This document shows, in pieces, positions 58,592-64,000 of a stretch of DNA of 64,000 bases. The notes beneath the pieces were generated by a model. It was given only the letters and a program-made list of their open reading frames with translations. It was not told where the DNA came from and searched no databases. The position numbers and the translations under genes are program-made. Location of the stretch: contig JAKISY010000009.1 of assembly GCA_021648365.1 (NCBI GenBank), positions 6,975-70,974 of the forward strand, given 5' to 3'. This DNA is from Verrucomicrobiales bacterium. Its GTDB lineage: Bacteria; Verrucomicrobiota; Verrucomicrobiia; Verrucomicrobiales; DEV007. Positions within the stretch are counted from its first letter, which is position 1. Every line of letters begins with the position of its first letter.

Positions 58592-59929
58592 ATGCTCAAA
58601 CATCCACGAAGCTATCCCCTAGCCATCCTGCGTTCTATTCTAGTAACATTGGCTGCCCTTTTGTCCACGAGCCTTTCACAAAACCCACCAGCTTCCACAA
58701 GCCCACAAAAGCCCGCGCCTCCCCTTAAAGTCGGCGTGCTCGCTCGCTTAGGCAAAAAGCCTGATTGGGAAAAACTCGATGTTTACCAAAAAACGATCAC
58801 CCGATTAGAGTTCCAACAACTGCTGCAACACAACTACCTGCAAGATCCCCAAGCAGCTGGCAAACTCATCCAAATACTGCCCGACCGAGTCAGGGTCAGC
58901 AAACAATCCAATCTGGCTGAAGCAGGCTATTACGACCTTTTTTTTCGCACTAGCGACGATGAAAAAATCCCCGCAGCCCCTAAAATCCACCGCTACTGGA
59001 AACCCGTCACAGAGCTACGCCCAAGTTTACAAGCCAACCGAGACCTCAGCGATCTCCACATCGTCATCGACCCAGGGCACATCGGCGGAAGCTTCGCTCA
59101 AATCGAGGAACGCTGGTATCAAATAGGGACCAAAACCATCCCCGTCACCGAAGGAGATATGACACTCAAAGTGGCTAAAATCCTGCAACAAAACCTCAGC
59201 AATCTCGGCGCCCGCGTCACCCTCACCCGACAGAACACCACTCCCGTCACTCCAGCACGCACCGCAGACCTCCTTCCCTACGCAAAAAAATGGCTCACTC
59301 GCCTACCCGGCACCCGCAAACCCTCTGCCTTCAAACTGCAACACACCGCCGAACGGCTATTTTATCTCAGTAGCGAAATCCGTCAGCGAGCAGCTTTGAT
59401 CAATGAAACCCTGAAACCCGATTTGCTCGTCTGCTTGCATTTTAACGCCGAAGCTTGGGGCAACCCTAGGAAACCTGATTTTGTTGAAAAAAATCATAAC
59501 CACATTTTGATCAACGGCTGTTACAGCCTAGCTGAAATCAAAGAAGATGACAGTCGTCTGGAAATGCTGCTGCGCCTACTGCAGCGCACCTATTACGCCG
59601 AACTCGCCATCGCCAACGAAGTCTCAGACTCCATGCGTAGAATCACCAAACTCCCCCCTTATACCTACACTGGCAACAACGCAAAATCCGTCAACCCTAA
59701 CCCCTACATCTGGTCACGCAACCTGCTTGCCAACCGGATCTACCTATGTCCCGTCATTTTCCTCGAACCCTATGTCATGAACAACCGCCAAGTTCATGCA
59801 CGCGTCCAAGCAGGTTCTTACCCTGGTACGCGCAAAATGGATCGCACTTACCGAGTCAATCTCTATCAAGAATACGCACACTCCGTAACCGCTGGGCTAC
59901 TTGCCTATTTCAAAAAACACCGCAAGTGA
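58592..59929 (+). CDS. N-acetylmuramoyl-L-alanine amidase-like protein (Amidase_3-like) with long N-terminal extension
   Basis: Start at MLKHPRSYP. Signal/TM segment, then IVIDPGHIGGSF, EGDMTLKVAKIL and LVCLHFNAEAWG. Confidence 0.65.
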   Translation: MLKHPRSYPLAILRSILVTLAALLSTSLSQNPPASTSPQKPAPPLKVGVLARLGKKPDWEKLDVYQKTITRLEFQQLLQHNYLQDPQAAGKLIQILPDRVRVSKQSNLAEAGYYDLFFRTSDDEKIPAAPKIHRYWKPVTELRPSLQANRDLSDLHIVIDPGHIGGSFAQIEERWYQIGTKTIPVTEGDMTLKVAKILQQNLSNLGARVTLTRQNTTPVTPARTADLLPYAKKWLTRLPGTRKPSAFKLQHTAERLFYLSSEIRQRAALINETLKPDLLVCLHFNAEAWGNPRKPDFVEKNHNHILINGCYSLAEIKEDDSRLEMLLRLLQRTYYAELAIANEVSDSMRRITKLPPYTYTGNNAKSVNPNPYIWSRNLLANRIYLCPVIFLEPYVMNNRQVHARVQAGSYPGTRKMDRTYRVNLYQEYAHSVTAGLLAYFKKHRK

Positions 59930-59976
59930 AACCTACCTATTTAGATATGCCTACAACAAGCGCCACCCCCCATCAT

Positions 59977-60027
59977 GCGAAGGCACGCAGGAGAGCTCAC
60001 ATTGGAGGGGCAAGTTCCACCTTGCCT
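59977..60027. repeat. second copy of the GGAGGGGCAAGTTCCACCTTGCCT / GCGAAGRCACGCAGGAG repeat
   Basis: GCGAAGGCACGCAGGAG is at 59977..59993 and GGAGGGGCAAGTTCCACCTTGCCT is at 60004..60027. Compare 12382..12451. Confidence 0.65.
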
Positions 60028-60101
60028 GCGTACGCCAACTCCCTGCCCCCCCGGGCTCACCACTCATCCATCATCCACACCTCATAATCCCCTCTTTCAT
60101 C

Positions 60102-60965
60102 ATGTCTATACTCATCGCAGGTTGCGGCTACCTAGGCACTCAAATCGCCCTTAGCTCAGAAAACCGAAAACTAGGTTACACCGCACTATCTCTTTCTGGA
60201 AAAGTCTCGGCTCAACTCAGTGGCGAAATCCTCCGCTGCGATCTCAGTGATCTCGATGCCGTGAAAAAAATATCCCATACGATAGCCCCTCCATCCCATA
60301 TCATCCAGTGCGCCAGCTCCAACCACGGCGGCCCCGATGCCTACCGTTCGATCTACCTTCAAGGCGCCCGCAACCTGCTCGCTTGCTTCCCTACTAGCCC
60401 CCTGTTTTTCACCAGTTCCACCAGCGTCTATGCTCAAACGGATGGTTCACTGATCGACGAAAACTCCCCTGCAGAACCCACTCAAGAAACCTCACAAATC
60501 TTGCGCCAAACTGAGGACGTCGTCCTAGCACATAGCGGAACCGTGCTTCGTTTGTCCGGCATCTACGGACCGCATCGCTGCCTGTATCTCAAACGACTAC
60601 TCCAGCACAACGCAACCATCCACCCCGACAGTGCACATCGCTATCTCAATCAAATCCATCGAGACGATGCCGCCACCGCAATCCTACACCTGCTAGCTTT
60701 GCCACAGGCACAAGTTGCTCAACAAATCTTCAATATCAGCGACGACAACAACTGGACCCAACAACAGTGTTATCAACAATTAGCACACAAACTCAAACTC
60801 CCCGCCCCCCCACTAAGTAACACCAACCAAGCACGAAAACGCGCCAAAACCCACCGCCGTATTTCTAACCAAAAACTCACACAGCTAGGCTGGTCACCCG
60901 CCTACCCCACCCTACTAGATGCGCTCGACCACGATCCGCACTTATTACCCTCCTTCGCCGAGTGA
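60102..60965 (+). CDS. NAD(P)-binding Rossmann protein (SDR / NAD-dependent epimerase family)
   Basis: Start at MSILIAGCGYLGTQIAL (GxGxxG), 287 aa. The upstream part of the long ORF runs through a repeat and is not coding. Confidence 0.65.
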   Translation: MSILIAGCGYLGTQIALSSENRKLGYTALSLSGKVSAQLSGEILRCDLSDLDAVKKISHTIAPPSHIIQCASSNHGGPDAYRSIYLQGARNLLACFPTSPLFFTSSTSVYAQTDGSLIDENSPAEPTQETSQILRQTEDVVLAHSGTVLRLSGIYGPHRCLYLKRLLQHNATIHPDSAHRYLNQIHRDDAATAILHLLALPQAQVAQQIFNISDDNNWTQQQCYQQLAHKLKLPAPPLSNTNQARKRAKTHRRISNQKLTQLGWSPAYPTLLDALDHDPHLLPSFAE

Positions 60966-61011
60966 TATTTAATCCTAGCCAAAACTTTGAGTTTAGATAA
61001 AGATAAAAGCC

Positions 61012-62340
61012 ATGACATCTCCGCTGTTTCGCCGCCACCTTCCACTGATCATCCTGCTTTCCACCTACCTCCCGTGCGCCTTCGAGACAAGCCAAGCACA
61101 AGACAGTGCCCCCACCGACGAGCACAGCCTAACTTTACTTCTCAAACAATGTGACAAACTTTGGAAAAGCGATCTCTCTCAGCTAAAAGATAAATTCGCT
61201 ACCCACGGTTTCGAATGGATGTCCTCTGACCGTAATGCCATTCGCAGCGTCTCGCCTGAGCTGCTTATGTTAGACGAGAAGGTTGGTGAAACCGTCATCC
61301 GAGGCAAAGAAGGCACCGTTCACCGCGTAGATGTTTCCATCTACAACCGTGGTGATCGAGGCTCTATTGACTACAGTGAATTTTCTCAAATGAAAAACCG
61401 CTGGCAAAAACACATCAGCGAAATCACCAAAACCAAACCCGAGCCACTTAAAAAAGCCAAAAACTCTGCAGTCAAACTCAAACGCATCCTCTGGTACACT
61501 CAGAACTCTGCTATTTTGTTAGAAACCAGCTCCACACAAGGTCAAGCTCAATTCATGCGCCTACGCATGGCACCCAAGCCTAAAGGCGCTTTCTACCTCG
61601 GCAATTCAAGCGGCAGGGTTCAGAAAACCCGTCAGCTTTCCGACCTAAGACGCAATCTGAAAAAAACCTCCACTGGCGATATTTTCATAACAGACATTCC
61701 CATGGTGGATCAGGGGCCAAAAGGTTACTGCGCGGTAGCCAGTGCAGAAAGAGTTTTCCGCTACTACGGTCTAGAAACCGATCAACACGAAATGGCAGAA
61801 CTTGCCCGCACCTCCTCCGCCGGCGGCACCAGCCCCACCCTGATGTATGACGCGCTAAAAGAAGCCTCAACAGGAGCTCAGTTGAGAGTTTTCAGCATCA
61901 TCGCTTGGGATACCAAAAAATTCATGGATGACATCAAAGCTTACAACCGAACGGCTAGGAAAAAGGGTCTAAGCCAAGCTCCCGAAGATTGGAGAAGGAT
62001 TCGCACCATCGGCCAAATTTATGACGCACTAGATCCGCAAGCCTACAAACAACATAAAGCAGATCGCGGAAACTATTTCAAAAGCTTCAATAACGACATC
62101 GAAAAAAACATCAATGCCGGCATCCCTCTTTTTTGGGGCATCCGCTTAGGCATGTATCCTGAACCCGAAATTCCACAAGCCAAAGGCGGTCACATGCGAC
62201 TCATCATCGGCTACAACCGCAAAGAAAAAGCCATTCTATACACCGACTCGTGGGGCCCTGGACATGAATTAAAACGCATGCCCGCCGACCAAGCTTACGC
62301 CATCACTAATGGCTTGTTCATCATCAAGCCCTCACGCTGA
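61012..62340 (+). CDS. secreted protein with C-terminal papain-like / C39-like cysteine peptidase fold (tentative)
   Basis: Signal peptide present. Candidate catalytic residues are Cys in PKGYCAVASAERVFRYYG, His in GGHMRLIIGYN and Asp in YTDSWG. The N-terminal ~200 aa are unassigned. Confidence 0.5.
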   Translation: MTSPLFRRHLPLIILLSTYLPCAFETSQAQDSAPTDEHSLTLLLKQCDKLWKSDLSQLKDKFATHGFEWMSSDRNAIRSVSPELLMLDEKVGETVIRGKEGTVHRVDVSIYNRGDRGSIDYSEFSQMKNRWQKHISEITKTKPEPLKKAKNSAVKLKRILWYTQNSAILLETSSTQGQAQFMRLRMAPKPKGAFYLGNSSGRVQKTRQLSDLRRNLKKTSTGDIFITDIPMVDQGPKGYCAVASAERVFRYYGLETDQHEMAELARTSSAGGTSPTLMYDALKEASTGAQLRVFSIIAWDTKKFMDDIKAYNRTARKKGLSQAPEDWRRIRTIGQIYDALDPQAYKQHKADRGNYFKSFNNDIEKNINAGIPLFWGIRLGMYPEPEIPQAKGGHMRLIIGYNRKEKAILYTDSWGPGHELKRMPADQAYAITNGLFIIKPSR

Positions 62341-62349
62341 TTCCACTGA

Positions 62350-64000
62350 TCACTCTGTCCTCAAGGACTCCATCAAGGGCGTTTTCAACACCACCCGAGC
62401 CGCCAACCAACAGAAAAGCAAACCTGCTATCAAAACTGCTAGATTCACACTCAGCAGCAGTTGGATAGGCAGCCCTGACGACTTTTCCATGAACATCGGC
62501 GCCACTGAAACTAAAGCCGCCGACAAGCCCACTAGAACTCCCATCACATGCAAAAACCAATGCTCAGCTAACACCATTTTTGCCAGATCTTTACGACGAA
62601 ATCCTACCGCTTGCATCAAGCCCAATTGACCACGCCGCTCCATCACGTTGCGACTGACGACCACCGCCAAGCCCACCGTGCCTAGTAACAGCCCCAAGCC
62701 ACCAAGTGTCGAAAAGATGCTCAGATAAGTATTCTGCACCGCATTAAATTCGTTCAAACGCTGCGCTGTAGGAACCCATTCCACCCCCCTGTCCTCCAAC
62801 ATCCTCGTCAGTCGCTTGACGATTTTTCCATCCTCTCCAGAAGACATGTCCAACAAAAAATAACGATAACCGGCGATATCCGAACGTTGTTGGATAAAAT
62901 TCTTTTCAGAAATCACAATGCTCCCCTGCAAAAGAGAATTCTCTAACATCCCCACTAACTTCACCGCAAAGGATTCTCCTTTGCTATTTTGATATACGAT
63001 CAGATCACCCACCCCTTTCATCAAGGCGTAGGTGGCGGTATTCATATCGATCACGCCAGGAATCACTTTCATTCCGTTCTCATCGGGCAAGGTCTTACCC
63101 AACATCTCCCAGCCTGAATCCAACTCAGCAAGCCCTTTCATTTTTTTAGTAAAATGGAAAGCTTTGCGCTCAGCCAAACCCTCAAAGTTCACCCCCAACA
63201 AACGCGGGCGCTGCGCTCGATTCAAATTCAAACAAGAAGCGTCATCCCCATCACTCACCCGAAAAGACAGCATCGAAAAGGTCGAACCTTCTTTGCTAAA
63301 ACCATATTTCTCGCGCCCCTCAGAGCTGTTCAAATCCTCATACACTGGCAAAGTCGCCGATCCCACATAAGCAAATCCACCCGTCCCCGAAGACCTAGCA
63401 TCTGCCCCTCGCTCCCCCACCAACCTAAACGAATTGATCGCCGTCACCATGAACACGCCCGACGCCATCAGCCCCACCACAGCTAGACTGCGCCCCTTAC
63501 GACGCAAAGCATTTTGCCTACCCAATCCCACTAAACTAGGCATAGCTTCACTCGTTCTTGCTAGTCGGCGCAAGATGAGACCGCAAGCAGCCACCCCAGC
63601 TAAGGTGAATAGGAAACCTGAACCAAAAAACAAACCTTGCTCCTCCATACTGCCCGCTTGTTTGGGTGCCAGCAAACAGCCCAAGCCCGCCAAGAACCCG
63701 ATCAAAGTCACCCACAGCGCAGGTGCCTTCCAAAGAGGTTTCAAATCTGACAACGAGGCATCAAAATCTCCTCCCCCAGAAATCAACTGACTAGGCCTTA
63801 CCTTCATCACCGTCCGGCTAGCGAAATAGACCACGACCACTGCGATGAAAACCGTCACCGCCCAAGCCATCAACAAACTGCTGAGTTTAAGGTAATAAAC
63901 AAACTCGATTCCCGAAGCGGCCGATTGCCACGCACCCGACATTCCCCATAAAGCTAATTGAGTGTAAACCCAACCTCCCAACAGACCTAGAGCTGCACCC
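62350..64000 (-). CDS. ABC transporter permease, FtsX/MacB-like (partial; N-terminus outside window)
   Basis: The frame stays open to the window edge. Several TM helices, a large periplasmic loop and a C-terminal FtsX-type 4-TM bundle (LGLMQAVGFRRKDL...). Confidence 0.8.
   Translation of the reverse strand, partial: GAALGLLGGWVYTQLALWGMSGAWQSAASGIEFVYYLKLSSLLMAWAVTVFIAVVVVYFASRTVMKVRPSQLISGGGDFDASLSDLKPLWKAPALWVTLIGFLAGLGCLLAPKQAGSMEEQGLFFGSGFLFTLAGVAACGLILRRLARTSEAMPSLVGLGRQNALRRKGRSLAVVGLMASGVFMVTAINSFRLVGERGADARSSGTGGFAYVGSATLPVYEDLNSSEGREKYGFSKEGSTFSMLSFRVSDGDDASCLNLNRAQRPRLLGVNFEGLAERKAFHFTKKMKGLAELDSGWEMLGKTLPDENGMKVIPGVIDMNTATYALMKGVGDLIVYQNSKGESFAVKLVGMLENSLLQGSIVISEKNFIQQRSDIAGYRYFLLDMSSGEDGKIVKRLTRMLEDRGVEWVPTAQRLNEFNAVQNTYLSIFSTLGGLGLLLGTVGLAVVVSRNVMERRGQLGLMQAVGFRRKDLAKMVLAEHWFLHVMGVLVGLSAALVSVAPMFMEKSSGLPIQLLLSVNLAVLIAGLLFCWLAARVVLKTPLMESLRTE

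Noticed and set aside
1-64000. Scan for tRNA, rRNA, tmRNA, RNase P, SRP RNA and riboswitch-like leaders in all intergenic gaps longer than 100 nt.
   Set aside because: No cloverleaf-compatible sequence and no conserved core motif was recognised by eye. A covariance-model scan (Infernal/Rfam, tRNAscan-SE) would be needed to be definitive.

Overview
The window reads as ordinary chromosomal DNA from a PVC-superphylum bacterium, probably Verrucomicrobiota-like and glycan-degrading. This is inferred from gene content: four S1 sulfatase domains, two PVC-type beta-propeller/HEAT/CxxCH heme proteins, a GH33 sialidase, a CE15-like esterase, beta-helix proteins and a DUF4091/GH123-like protein. I support about 50 CDS. 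Housekeeping genes include hppA, lysS, rnhA, nusB, ftsY, deaD, pgsA, bcp, an rsmA fusion, lutABC and a ymdB-like gene. There are two type II toxin-antitoxin pairs (vapBC-like and brnTA-like). I recognised no rRNA, tRNA, CRISPR array, integrase or intact transposase. The main findings are: (1) a sulfatase fused in one 1513-aa polypeptide to a PVC-type dehydrogenase/HEAT/cytochrome c module, while the same two modules occur as adjacent separate genes elsewhere in the window; (2) a previously unannotated MITE-like element in two copies, each with about 13-bp terminal inverted repeats and its own 5-bp target-site duplication; (3) an RsmA-Nudix fusion translationally coupled to bcp; (4) a sulfatase with a non-canonical CWMSR active-site motif; (5) a (TCAGATT)3(TCAAATC)3 heptad array abutting a start codon; (6) several families of short palindromic intergenic repeats, one showing a compensatory stem substitution; (7) an AT-rich island carrying an IS66 transposase remnant and a LamG-DUF4091 gene; and (8) decayed genes next to the MITE copies. 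All family assignments come from motif recognition by eye. No database search or numerical composition calculation was run.
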